The position numbers were made by a program, and so were the translations under genes. A stretch of 64,000 nt of DNA from contig JAPDJI010000006.1 of the NCBI GenBank assembly GCA_029259155.1, forward strand, positions 24,470 to 88,469, in the 5' to 3' direction. The notes beneath the pieces were generated by a model, which saw only the letters and a program-made list of their open reading frames with translations, was not told the origin of the DNA and made no database searches. The stretch is from Candidatus Methanomethylicia archaeon (lineage in GTDB: Archaea > Thermoproteota > Methanomethylicia > Nezhaarchaeales > B40-G2). Positions 36,561 through 45,522 of the stretch are shown one piece after another; positions within the stretch are counted from its first letter, which is position 1, and each line of letters starts with the position of its first letter.

Positions 36561-38940
36561 CTCCAGTGGCCTCGGAGCCTATTGGCCCGAGGTTAGCCAC
36601 CTCATCCACGAACCATCTTATCAGCTCCGCCAGCCTCTTTCCCTCAGTCGCTGAAGCCCCGTCGATGTGGAGCCTCCTAGGGTTTATGCCTACCTCCTTC
36701 AACACTTCCCTGAGGGCTGAGGCCCTTTCATTAGCCTTCGCCCTGCCGGAGCGGTAGTGACAGTCTTGTTCGTGGCAGCCAACTATGAGCACGCCGTCAG
36801 CCCCCAACTCAAAGGCCTCTAGCACGTGTACCGGCGTGACCCTAGCTGAACAAGGCACCCTGATGACCCTCACGTTAGTCGGGTAGGGAATCTTGCTAGT
36901 CCCAGCGTTGTCTGCGGCTGCGTAGCCGCACCACTGGCACATGAAGGCCACTATGAGCGGGAACTCCTTCTTCTCGGACAGCAGGGCCTTAAGCATGAGC
37001 GATATCTGCTCGTTGCTCAGGATCCCGCCGGGAGGAGATAGAGCTCCTGTCGGACACACTGCATAGCATGCTCCACAGCCTCGGCAGGCTAGCTCATCTA
37101 CCTCCACCTTCCCCTTCTCCACCTTCAGGGCTCCGAAGAGGCATGCATTTACGCAAGCGAAGCATCGCTTACATGTACTTGGATCAATGGTAGGAGCGTA
37201 GACCTCAACCTCAACCTCACCTCTCTTGATGAGCTCTGCTGCCCTAGCCGCCGCAAGCCCAGCTTGCATGACAGACTCGGTTATATCCTTAGGCCCTGTG
37301 CACGCTCCCGCCACGAAGATTCCTTTGCTGAAGGTGTCGGCTGGGTTAAGCTTTAAGTGATACTCAGCTAGGAAGTCGTAATCGCTTAGCTGTAGGCCGA
37401 GGAGCTTGGCCAGCTCCCTATTGTCTGGGGGCGCCTCCACGCCTACGCTGAGTACGACGAGGTCGAACTCCTCCTCGACCATCTCTGAGGAGAGTGTGTC
37501 CTCGTAGAAGATCTTGATCCTCCCTTGCTTCGTGGCCCTAAGCTGCCCTACCTTCGCCCTTAGGAAGCGTACGCCCAGCTCCAGGGCCCTCCTGTAGGCT
37601 TCCTCACACGCCTTGCCAATGGCTCTCACGTCGGTGTAGAAGATGGCAACGTCGACGTCGGGGAGCATGAGCTTGGTCTGTATGCTCTGCTTGATGGCGT
37701 TCATGCAACATACTCGGCTACAGTAAGGCCTCCCAATCCTGTCAGACCTGCTCCCCACACACTGTATGAAGGCTACTTTCTTAGGTTGCGCCCCGTCCGA
37801 TAACCTAATTATTTTTCCCTTGGTTGGACCCGAGCTATTAAGCATCCTTTCGTACTCGGGCCCCGTCACGACGTCGAGGCACCTGCCATAAAGGTATTCT
37901 GGAAGCCCCCGCGGGTCAAAGGGCTTGAAGCCGGTGGCTACGATGATGGCCCCTACCTTGAACTCGATGTAAGAGTCTTGGTCCTTGAAGTTTATAGCTT
38001 TAGGATCGCATACCCCGAGGCACGACATGCAGCCAATACACCTACTCATATCTATGTAAGGCGCTGGAGGGACGGTTTCTGGCGAGGGCTTAACGATGGC
38101 CCTCCTCATACCTATACCGTAGTCGTACTCGCTGGGGGCCTCGATGGGGCATACATCGAGGCACTTATTGCACCCGTTGCAGAGCTTTTCATCGATGTAC
38201 CGAGCCTTCTTCAACACCTTCACGGTGTAGTTGCCGGGCGCACCCTTGACCTCTACGACCTCGCTCAGCGTGTACACGTCTATTAGGGGGTGGTTGTACA
38301 CCTTCGAGAGTTGGGGGCCTAGCACGCAAATGCTGCAGTCAAGGGTTGGATAGACCTTGTCCCACTTGGCCATGTGCCCCCCTATGAAGCCCTCCTTCTC
38401 CACGAGGTATACCTTGATCCCCATGTCGGCAAGGCTTAGAGCGGCTGTGATCCCTGCTACGCCTCCACCTATGACTAGGACCGCTTTCTCCACGGGCAGC
38501 TTTGCTACCTTAGCCTCCCTGGCGTAAGGCGCTGCGGCTATGGCCATGCTGACCAGGTCAGCGGCCTTGACGGTAGCTCTATCTGGGTCGTGTGCGTGGA
38601 CCCATGAGCACTGTTCCCTCAGGTTAACTATCTCCACGAAGCCTCTATTGAGGCCAGCCTCCTCAGCGGCGTTCTTGAAGAGCTCGCTGTGTAGTGTAGG
38701 GGTGCAGCATCCTATGATTAAGCGGCTAGCCTTCTCCTCCTTTAAGGCCTCTTTTATTTTTCTTAGGCCATCATCGCTGCAGCAGTGCTCATGTTCATAG
38801 AAGGCTACGTCTGAGTACTTCTCAGATAGAGTTTTAATGACCTTACCTACATTTACTACCCCTGCGATGTTTGAGCCGCAGTGACAGATGAAGGTCAGGA
38901 CCTTGCTGGGAGCTCCCCCCGCACCGTCCAGCCTAGCCGT
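36544..38940 (-). CDS. hdrA: HdrA fused to C-terminal MvhD; N-terminus extended about 100 codons beyond the ORF track
   Basis: Open frame upstream of 38637 encodes FICHCGSNIAG...HCCS...GCCTP..H; then REQCSWVH, GGGVAG, TLDCSIC, QCVGSR..YCSRVCC; MvhD CQWCGY, PCSARV, GCHEQDCHY. Confidence 0.92.
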   Translation of the reverse strand, partial: TARLDGAGGAPSKVLTFICHCGSNIAGVVNVGKVIKTLSEKYSDVAFYEHEHCCSDDGLRKIKEALKEEKASRLIIGCCTPTLHSELFKNAAEEAGLNRGFVEIVNLREQCSWVHAHDPDRATVKAADLVSMAIAAAPYAREAKVAKLPVEKAVLVIGGGVAGITAALSLADMGIKVYLVEKEGFIGGHMAKWDKVYPTLDCSICVLGPQLSKVYNHPLIDVYTLSEVVEVKGAPGNYTVKVLKKARYIDEKLCNGCNKCLDVCPIEAPSEYDYGIGMRRAIVKPSPETVPPAPYIDMSRCIGCMSCLGVCDPKAINFKDQDSYIEFKVGAIIVATGFKPFDPRGLPEYLYGRCLDVVTGPEYERMLNSSGPTKGKIIRLSDGAQPKKVAFIQCVGSRSDRIGRPYCSRVCCMNAIKQSIQTKLMLPDVDVAIFYTDVRAIGKACEEAYRRALELGVRFLRAKVGQLRATKQGRIKIFYEDTLSSEMVEEEFDLVVLSVGVEAPPDNRELAKLLGLQLSDYDFLAEYHLKLNPADTFSKGIFVAGACTGPKDITESVMQAGLAAARAAELIKRGEVEVEVYAPTIDPSTCKRCFACVNACLFGALKVEKGKVEVDELACRGCGACYAVCPTGALSPPGGILSNEQISLMLKALLSEKKEFPLIVAFMCQWCGYAAADNAGTSKIPYPTNVRVIRVPCSARVTPVHVLEAFELGADGVLIVGCHEQDCHYRSGRAKANERASALREVLKEVGINPRRLHIDGASATEGKRLAELIRWFVDEVANLGPIGSEATGGGSFV

Positions 38941-38962
38941 CTAGACCACCTTCATTAAGCGT

Positions 38963-40234
38963 TTAGAGCGAGGAGCTCAACCTCTCAAGGAACACCTCCT
39001 CGTCAGCCACGCTGGCTGGAGGCTTAAGGAAGGGTTTAAGCTTCACTTCGACGCCGTCCATCCTCGTAACTGTCCCTCCACTCTCAACACCCATTATTGA
39101 GAGCGGAACCGAGACTTTCCCGTTAGAGAAGGTCCAGGTAGCCCTCTCCTCTAGGACTATTGTTGGGATCCTCATTAAAGCCTTAACTGCTAGAGGGGTT
39201 AGTTCCTCGGACACCTCGCTTTTAACTATGAGTGCTGCGTCCACCCCTTCCCGCTCGAGCTGGCAAGTTGCAGTAGCCTCAGGGGACATGTGTTCTTTAA
39301 GGGCTGAGAAATCCAGGGCCCGTGGCGCGCCCCCAAGCTTCTTTGTGATGAGGGCTTGGCCCATAGAGTTCACGTACTCAGCCATAGGCATTATGGAGAC
39401 CTTCTTTCCAAGCTCAAGCAGCGACCTAGCCAGCTCAGCCATGGAGCTTAAAGCCTCTTCAGGCTTCTCCGACTGAAGTAGTCCGCGGCCGATGAACATA
39501 GCCACGTAGGTGGCCGGCTTAAGGTCCTTAATTATGGATGAGAGGTCCCTTAAAGTTACACCTGCGGCCTCGCCCACCGTGGGGGTCTTGCTAAACATAA
39601 GGTCTCTTAGCGCTCTAGCGAGCTCAGCGTCGCTTCCAGGCCTTAACAGTACTTTATGCTGGGCTATCCTCATGGTATTAGTCTCCCTAACATCGACCAC
39701 CGCGACTATCCTGCTCTCTCTGCCCATAGGGGTGCTTCTTCCCCTCGGAAACACGGCGTAGCGACTTGCATGCCTCAGGTGAGTCTCTGCGGGATCCGCA
39801 CCCCAGTACAATATGAAATCGGCGTCTTCAAGGATATCGTCCAAGCGAGCGCCTAGGAAAGAGGGGTCGAGGTCTAAGAGGGCGTGGCAAATGCTCGCTG
39901 AGCTATCGTAGAGTCCTCTAAGCTTCTGGGCTAGTTTTACTAGAAGCTCTACAGTCCTATTGGTACTGTTTGCCCCTCCGTAGATAAGCGGCTTCTTCGC
40001 CACCTTTAAGATCTCAGCGGCCTTTTCTAAAGCTTCGTCCACCGACACCTCCTTGAGTCCTCCCTGCTCAGCGATGGCCACCTTCATAGGCCTAGCTCCG
40101 ACGAGCTCCTTGAACCTCTTGGTCCCATGGCTACAAGTACCCAGGACCCTAGTTACCGTGTTGTCTCTTACGTCCACCACTATATCGTCGCACAGCAACG
40201 AGCAACTAGTGCAGGGCACACCCTCTATCTCCAT
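38963..40234 (-). CDS. fwdB: Formylmethanofuran dehydrogenase subunit B (Mo/W-bisPGD catalytic subunit)
   Basis: CTSCSLLCDDI..C..G, ASICH, WGADP...H.RH.SRY..FPRG, VDVR.T, GVE..GT..RMDGV. Confidence 0.92.
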   Translation of the reverse strand: MEIEGVPCTSCSLLCDDIVVDVRDNTVTRVLGTCSHGTKRFKELVGARPMKVAIAEQGGLKEVSVDEALEKAAEILKVAKKPLIYGGANSTNRTVELLVKLAQKLRGLYDSSASICHALLDLDPSFLGARLDDILEDADFILYWGADPAETHLRHASRYAVFPRGRSTPMGRESRIVAVVDVRETNTMRIAQHKVLLRPGSDAELARALRDLMFSKTPTVGEAAGVTLRDLSSIIKDLKPATYVAMFIGRGLLQSEKPEEALSSMAELARSLLELGKKVSIMPMAEYVNSMGQALITKKLGGAPRALDFSALKEHMSPEATATCQLEREGVDAALIVKSEVSEELTPLAVKALMRIPTIVLEERATWTFSNGKVSVPLSIMGVESGGTVTRMDGVEVKLKPFLKPPASVADEEVFLERLSSSL

Positions 40235-40701
40235 TAAGCCACCACCTTTATCGCTTCGCTATAACACACAAGCTCGCAAACATTACAGTTCATCCTATGG
40301 GGCGGGTACCTCCTACACTTTTCGAGGTGGAGCACCTTAATTTTACCGTCCTCCACCAGCCATAAAACCTCATCGGACAGCGGGTTTAGCCCTTTCCCTG
40401 CCCTCGTGTCTAAGACAACGTTGGCGGGGCAGGCAATCACACAGTTCCCGCAGCCGATACATTTATCGAGGTCTATATTAACGAGGGTCTCGGACGCTGA
40501 GATAAGGGGGGCCAAGAGTTTCGTGAGCTCAGCCAACTTACCAGAATATTTAGGGTCAGACGTTAGAAGCGGGCAGTCCTCAATCCTAGCCTGTCTATTG
40601 ATCAGCTTCATGGCAAAACCCATACATGTCGTACCGCATTTCTTGCAGTTAGTTCCAGGCAAGAGCTTGTAAACTTGGAGGGGGGTTATCCGGGTAGACA
40701 T
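40234..40701 (-). CDS. fwdG: FwdG-like ferredoxin with N-terminal FeS domain
   Basis: LPGTNCKKCG.TCMGFA...CP; CIGCGNCVIACPAN; CNVCELVC. Confidence 0.8.
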   Translation of the reverse strand: MSTRITPLQVYKLLPGTNCKKCGTTCMGFAMKLINRQARIEDCPLLTSDPKYSGKLAELTKLLAPLISASETLVNIDLDKCIGCGNCVIACPANVVLDTRAGKGLNPLSDEVLWLVEDGKIKVLHLEKCRRYPPHRMNCNVCELVCYSEAIKVVA

Positions 40702-40841
40702 AAACTCACGCGCCTTAAGTTCACCTCGAATTTTTCGGCTGGCCTAAAAAAGGCCAGGTAGTTAAAGCTTTGGTTGTGCGCCTCTTAGCTGAACCGCTCT
40801 GTGACAATTAAGATAAACTTTTTCATTATTTTGGCTGTAAC

Positions 40842-41915
40842 CTAGAAAAGCATGTACCTTGTCCATAGCCTAGAAGGCTCATACCTACCGGCTATAGGTA
40901 TCTTAAAGCCACAGCTTCTGCACCTCATATCTTCGCTAAGCCTCCAAGCAGTTACCTCGAAGCCAAGCCTCTCCACAACAGCCTCGCCGCAGCTAGGACA
41001 GTAGGTGGTACTTCCTTCACCTCCAGGGACGTTGCCTAAATAGACAAATCTTAATCCTTCCTCTGAAGCGACCCTTCGAGCTCTTCTGAGAGAATCTATT
41101 GGTGTTGGAGGTAGATGGGTGAACTTGAAGTGTGGGTAGAACCTGCTAAAATGTACTGGTGTATCTGGACCTAGCTCATCGTAAAGCCACTTACACAGCG
41201 CTCTAACTTCCTCCAAGCTATCGTTAAGCCCAGGTATCAGCAGAGTAGTGGTCTCTACATGGACTCCTTTACGTTTAAACTCAGCCACAGTTCTCAGGAC
41301 CTCTCTTAGCTCACCTTTACAGTATTCGCGGTAGGTATCCTCCTTGAACGCCTTAATGTCCACATTAGCAGCATCTATGAAATGGACGGCTTCATCTAAG
41401 GCTTCAGCGCTTATGTAACCGTTGGTGACGAACACTATGAAAATGCCCTCCTTTTTAGCTTCACGTGCCACGTCTAAGTCGTACTCTAGCCATATAATAG
41501 GTTCATTATAGGTGATGGAGATAGAGGGGCACTCGGTTCTTTTAGCGGCCTCGACCACGCTTCTGGGGTCGGCGTACTCTAAGTCAGCTGTATTCAGCCT
41601 AGCTGGCTGAGAAAGATGCCAATTTTGACACCAAGGACACCTAAACGAGCAGCCAATGCTGCTTATCGATAACGTGGCTGACCCTGGCCAGAAATGGTAT
41701 AGAGGCTTCTTTTCTATGGGGTCTACCGCCATGGCTGTGAGGCGCCCATAAATAAGGGAGTACAGCCTGCCATCTATGTTAATCCTGGTGCCGCAGAAGC
41801 CGTATCCGCCGGGCTTAATGGTGCACCGTCGAGGGCAAATAGTGCATTGGACATAGCCCTCTTCAAGCTCCACGTAAAACCTAGCCTCAACCCCTATGTC
41901 GACTTGCTGCCTCAT
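40842..41915 (-). CDS. AmmeMemoRadiSam system radical SAM enzyme
   Basis: CTICPRRC, DPIEKKPLYHF.PG, GCSFRCPWCQNW, TYNEP, HFSRFYP, VYLGNV. Confidence 0.93.
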   Translation of the reverse strand: MRQQVDIGVEARFYVELEEGYVQCTICPRRCTIKPGGYGFCGTRINIDGRLYSLIYGRLTAMAVDPIEKKPLYHFWPGSATLSISSIGCSFRCPWCQNWHLSQPARLNTADLEYADPRSVVEAAKRTECPSISITYNEPIIWLEYDLDVAREAKKEGIFIVFVTNGYISAEALDEAVHFIDAANVDIKAFKEDTYREYCKGELREVLRTVAEFKRKGVHVETTTLLIPGLNDSLEEVRALCKWLYDELGPDTPVHFSRFYPHFKFTHLPPTPIDSLRRARRVASEEGLRFVYLGNVPGGEGSTTYCPSCGEAVVERLGFEVTAWRLSEDMRCRSCGFKIPIAGRYEPSRLWTRYMLF

Positions 41916-41972
41916 ACCGATTAACGCCGCCTAGATAAGAAAAGCAAACGTGAAAATAAAAATTCAGTATGC

Positions 41973-42293
41973 CTATAGGATCTCTACGGATACCTTTAGT
42001 CTCTCTCCTTTCTTAACGTCATCAGCAGCGGCTAGCTGTTTATCGAGGTCCCAGATCTTTAGCAGCCTCCATAGACTGGCAGCCTCACCCTTCTTAGAGC
42101 CCAGGTCAGCTATGGTCTCAAAGGGCTCAAGCTTCGCTACCGAGATGCGTAGCTTTGCTCCTGTAGGAGCGTCAGCTTCAGCGCTGAAAGTCTTCTTTCG
42201 CTCCTCAGCTGTGAACAGCTCAGCTATGGTCACCTTTCCTCCTTTCTTAACATCTACGCCAGCCACTAGTTCCACAGAACCTAAGCTAGCCAC
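41973..42293 (-). CDS. Hypothetical protein with four internal A-x-x-D-x-K-K-G-like repeats
   Basis: AGVDVKKGG / AEADAPTGA / ADLGSKKGE / AADDVKKGE; GAGG SD upstream. Confidence 0.7.
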   Translation of the reverse strand: MASLGSVELVAGVDVKKGGKVTIAELFTAEERKKTFSAEADAPTGAKLRISVAKLEPFETIADLGSKKGEAASLWRLLKIWDLDKQLAAADDVKKGERLKVSVEIL

Positions 42294-42329
42294 TTCGCCT
42301 CACCCCCGCCATGAGGGGCTTGTCAGCTG

Positions 42330-43115
42330 TTAGACGTGTGAGCGGAAAAGCTTTACGCTCACCGCTTCCACGATGTTTGCCACCCCTATCGAGGCGGGGG
42401 CCTCAATAAAAACGTCTACTTCACTTGTCAACGCCGACCTCGCTACGTTAACTTCTATGAGCTTGGCACCCCTCCACCTAGCTTCTAAAGGTAAGCTCGC
42501 GGCAGGCATCACCACTCCTGACGTGCCTACTATCAGCATAGCATCACATTGGTGGACTTCCTTTAACGCGCTCCTCCACACCTCTGGATCGACAGCCTCT
42601 CCAAACCAAACGACATCTGGCCTCAAAAGACCACCACAGCTAGGACAAATAGGAGGTAGGTTGCTTGGGGGATCGGTAAGCTTGTCCTTAAAGCTACAAT
42701 GGACGCATTTAACCGACCAGATATCTCCATGTAGCTTAATTATTTTCCTTGACCCAGCCCTTTCATGTAAGTCGTCTACATTCTGCGTCAAGACCGCCTT
42801 AATTAAACCCAGCTTTTCCAGCTCAGCTAAGCCTAAGTGGGCTTGATTAGGGGTAGCTTGCTTTATGAGCGTCATTCTCCATTTATACCAGTTCCAAACC
42901 TTGGTAGGATCCTTGGCGAAGGCTTGAGGCGTAGCGTAATCCTCTGGCCTAAAATCCTTCCAAAGGCCACTAGCACCCCTAAAGGTTGGTATCCCTGACT
43001 CTGCAGAGATACCTGCTCCTGTGAAGGCTACAACATACTTGGAGCCCAATAGGATCTGCGCCGCTCGCTCGGCGAGCAAGCCCTTACGCCTAGACTGAAA
43101 TCTTGGAGCTTCCAC
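42330..43115 (-). CDS. cobB: Sirtuin (NAD-dependent deacylase)
   Basis: TGAGISAESGIPTFRG, TQNVDDLH, LHG, LRPDVVWFGE, GTS. Confidence 0.95.
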   Translation of the reverse strand: MEAPRFQSRRKGLLAERAAQILLGSKYVVAFTGAGISAESGIPTFRGASGLWKDFRPEDYATPQAFAKDPTKVWNWYKWRMTLIKQATPNQAHLGLAELEKLGLIKAVLTQNVDDLHERAGSRKIIKLHGDIWSVKCVHCSFKDKLTDPPSNLPPICPSCGGLLRPDVVWFGEAVDPEVWRSALKEVHQCDAMLIVGTSGVVMPAASLPLEARWRGAKLIEVNVARSALTSEVDVFIEAPASIGVANIVEAVSVKLFRSHV

Positions 43116-43626
43116 TGCTTGAAGTTTTTTCTCGCTGCATCGCTATGGCCCCTGTCCTTGCAAGCTCCTTTATCCCGTAGCGCTTAACGATGTCTAGGAA
43201 AGCATCTATCTTCTCTGGGTCGCCTGACAATTCTATGGTAAGGCTTTCAGGTGAAGCGTCTACCACGTGGCCTCTGAAGATCTCCACGAACTGCATTACA
43301 TCCGCCCTCACCGAGGTATTAGGTGTGTGTATCTTAACCATGGCTAGCTCCCTCATCACCGCAGCCTCAGGCTTAAGCCGGCTTACTTTAACCACGTCGA
43401 TGAGCTTAGCTAGCTGTTTAACGACCTGTTCCAGTATCTTCTCGTCGCCCATCATGGTCATGGTTATCCTAGAGATTCCCTTTACCTCTGTGGCACCAAC
43501 AGTTATCGTGTCTATGTTGAACCCTCTCCTCCTTATCAATGAAGTTACCCGGTGAAGCACACCTGGCTTGTCTTCAACGAGCGCTAATACTACGTGTTTA
43601 CTAGGCGCTATTGCCTTCACCCCCAA
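43090..43626 (-). CDS. ilvH: Acetolactate synthase small subunit
   Basis: LVEDKPGVL.RV..L..RRGFNI, QL.KLIDV, RELAMVK, ELARTG. Confidence 0.95.
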   Translation of the reverse strand: MGVKAIAPSKHVVLALVEDKPGVLHRVTSLIRRRGFNIDTITVGATEVKGISRITMTMMGDEKILEQVVKQLAKLIDVVKVSRLKPEAAVMRELAMVKIHTPNTSVRADVMQFVEIFRGHVVDASPESLTIELSGDPEKIDAFLDIVKRYGIKELARTGAIAMQREKTSSSGSSKISV

Positions 43627-45317
43627 GTTACCTCGTTTAAGCCTCTTCCTGGGAAGACCATGGGGAACACTTTTTCATCTGGGCTAACGGGCACGTCTAT
43701 TACCGTGGTCACCTCCATCTTCATAGCTTCCTTGACGGCTCCTTCAAACTCTTCGTATGAGCCCACCCGCACTCCATGAGCTCCGAAAGCCTCCGCTAGC
43801 TTCACGAAGTCTGGGAGCCTCTTAAGGTCTATGGCCATGAACCTCCTTCCAAACATTAAGTCTTGCCACTGCCTAACCATACCTAACGAGGAATTATTGA
43901 CCACTACGACGATAACCGGTATGTTCTGTGACACGCTAGTGGCTAGGTCCTGCTCCGTCATTAGGAAGCTTCCGTCCCCGTCGAAGTCAACCACCACCTT
44001 ATCAGGCTTAGCTACCTTAGCTCCTAGGGCAGCTGGGAAGCCGAAGCCCATGGTTCCAAGCCCACCCGAAGTTATGAAGGTCCTCGGCTCATAGACCTCG
44101 AAGTTGATGGCCGCCCACATTTGATTTTGACCAACCCCAGTGGTTAATATAGAGTCTCTTGGCAACAGTTTCCTTAAGATTTTAACGAGCCTCGCAGGCT
44201 TAATTCCAGCTTCACCAGCCTCGTATCTATCCTTAAACTGCTCCTTCAGCTCCTTAATCCTCTTAACCCAATGGCTTTCCTCACCTGCCTTCCTAGTAGC
44301 CATGGAGGATAGGGCTTCCTTTATGGCGGTTAACGCGGACTTGGAGTCAGCAACGATGGGTACGTCAACCTTCACGTTTTTACCTATTTCCGCCGGGTCT
44401 ATGTCTATATGAATTATCTTTGCTTTTTGCTCAAAAACATCGAAGCGACCTACCGACCTATCCGAGAACCTCATGCCGACAGCTAGGATCACGTCTGCTT
44501 TAGTTATTGCTGCATTTGCTTCTCCTCTACCGTGCATCCCTATCATGCCTAAACACAGAGGGTGATTTTCAGGTATAGCTCCCTTACCCATTAAGGTGGT
44601 CACTACCGGTATCATCAAGGCCTCGACTAGCTCCAAAAGCTCCTTCGTAGCGCCTGAAGATATGACTCCTCCTCCAGCTATAATGATGGGTTGCTCAGCC
44701 TTCATTAACAGCTCAGCGGCTTTCTTAACCTGCAGCGGGTGGGGGTTTCTAGGAGGGGGTTTAAAGCCTCTAAGCTCCACCTTCTCCGGGAAGTCGATTT
44801 CTTCCTCCTCAGTTTGTACGTCTCTAGGTAAATCTATGAGCACGGGCCCCGGCCTACCCATGGATGCTATATGGAAGGCTGCCTTAATCACGCTGGGTAT
44901 CTCTGAAGGTGAACTTGGCTGAAAGGTATACTTAGTTATGGGGGTGGTTATACCTATAATATCGGCTTCCTGAAACGCGTCTCTACCTATCATGAGCTTT
45001 GGCACTTGTCCAGTTATGGCGACGATGGGGGAGCTGTCCATGTAGGCATTGGCTATCCCCGTTACCAAATTCGTAGCTCCGGGACCAGATGTTGCAGTAC
45101 ACGTGCCTACTTTACCGCTAGCTCTAGCGTAGCCGTCAGCCATGTGAGCCACGCATTGTTCATGTCTGCCCAGGATGTAGGTTAGCTCACCTTCATCCAA
45201 AGCGTCCCTAAAAGCGTCATGTAAAGGCAGCGTTGCCCCTCCGGGGATACCGAAGATGACTTTGACCCCCTCTCTTTTTAGGGCCTCCACTAAAGCCTTA
45301 GCTCCGCTCATTTTCAA
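43617..45317 (-). CDS. ilvB: Acetolactate synthase large subunit
   Basis: FGIPGG, RHEQ, TSGPGATN, GVGQNQMW, GGLGTMGFG, GDGSF...NN. Confidence 0.97.
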   Translation of the reverse strand: MKMSGAKALVEALKREGVKVIFGIPGGATLPLHDAFRDALDEGELTYILGRHEQCVAHMADGYARASGKVGTCTATSGPGATNLVTGIANAYMDSSPIVAITGQVPKLMIGRDAFQEADIIGITTPITKYTFQPSSPSEIPSVIKAAFHIASMGRPGPVLIDLPRDVQTEEEEIDFPEKVELRGFKPPPRNPHPLQVKKAAELLMKAEQPIIIAGGGVISSGATKELLELVEALMIPVVTTLMGKGAIPENHPLCLGMIGMHGRGEANAAITKADVILAVGMRFSDRSVGRFDVFEQKAKIIHIDIDPAEIGKNVKVDVPIVADSKSALTAIKEALSSMATRKAGEESHWVKRIKELKEQFKDRYEAGEAGIKPARLVKILRKLLPRDSILTTGVGQNQMWAAINFEVYEPRTFITSGGLGTMGFGFPAALGAKVAKPDKVVVDFDGDGSFLMTEQDLATSVSQNIPVIVVVVNNSSLGMVRQWQDLMFGRRFMAIDLKRLPDFVKLAEAFGAHGVRVGSYEEFEGAVKEAMKMEVTTVIDVPVSPDEKVFPMVFPGRGLNEVTWG

Positions 45318-45364
45318 TTCTATTCGCCTCCACTAAATGTTTCTTCGCGTAAAAGGAGCTCTTC

Positions 45365-45460
45365 GGCAGGTCTTTCACACTTGGAGGGTACCATCCCTCA
45401 TCTCAGCTTCCTCCAAGAAAGGTTGTGCACCCCCTTAGCGGTGAGGAATATTAAAAATAT
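45365..45460 (-). promoter_or_regulatory. ilvB promoter and structured 5' leader
   Basis: TTTTAATAT box near 45450; stem CTTTC-TTGGAGG/CCTCCAA-GAAAG spanning 45372-45421. Confidence 0.4.
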
Positions 45461-45522
45461 TTCGCTCCCATTAAAGTAGAACTTATATTGATTCTAACAC
45501 CTCCTTAGTGTGGTGCATTGGG

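Noticed and set aside
38941-38943. Genome-wide amber (pyrrolysine) recoding suggested by in-frame TAGs in hdrA and the pilin-like gene
   Set aside because: TAG ends many full-length conserved genes here (yfcE-like, alba, hypA, nadE); an ACG start and pseudogenisation explain the two cases more simply
38963-40234. Selenocysteine-containing FwdB/HdrA
   Set aside because: The ligand position is Cys (ASICH); no in-frame TGA
45340-45434. Canonical TPP riboswitch
   Set aside because: P4/P5 half (GAU..UAAU..GCG.AGG) and P1 pairing are absent; a competing hairpin uses the same bases. Kept only as a generic leader finding
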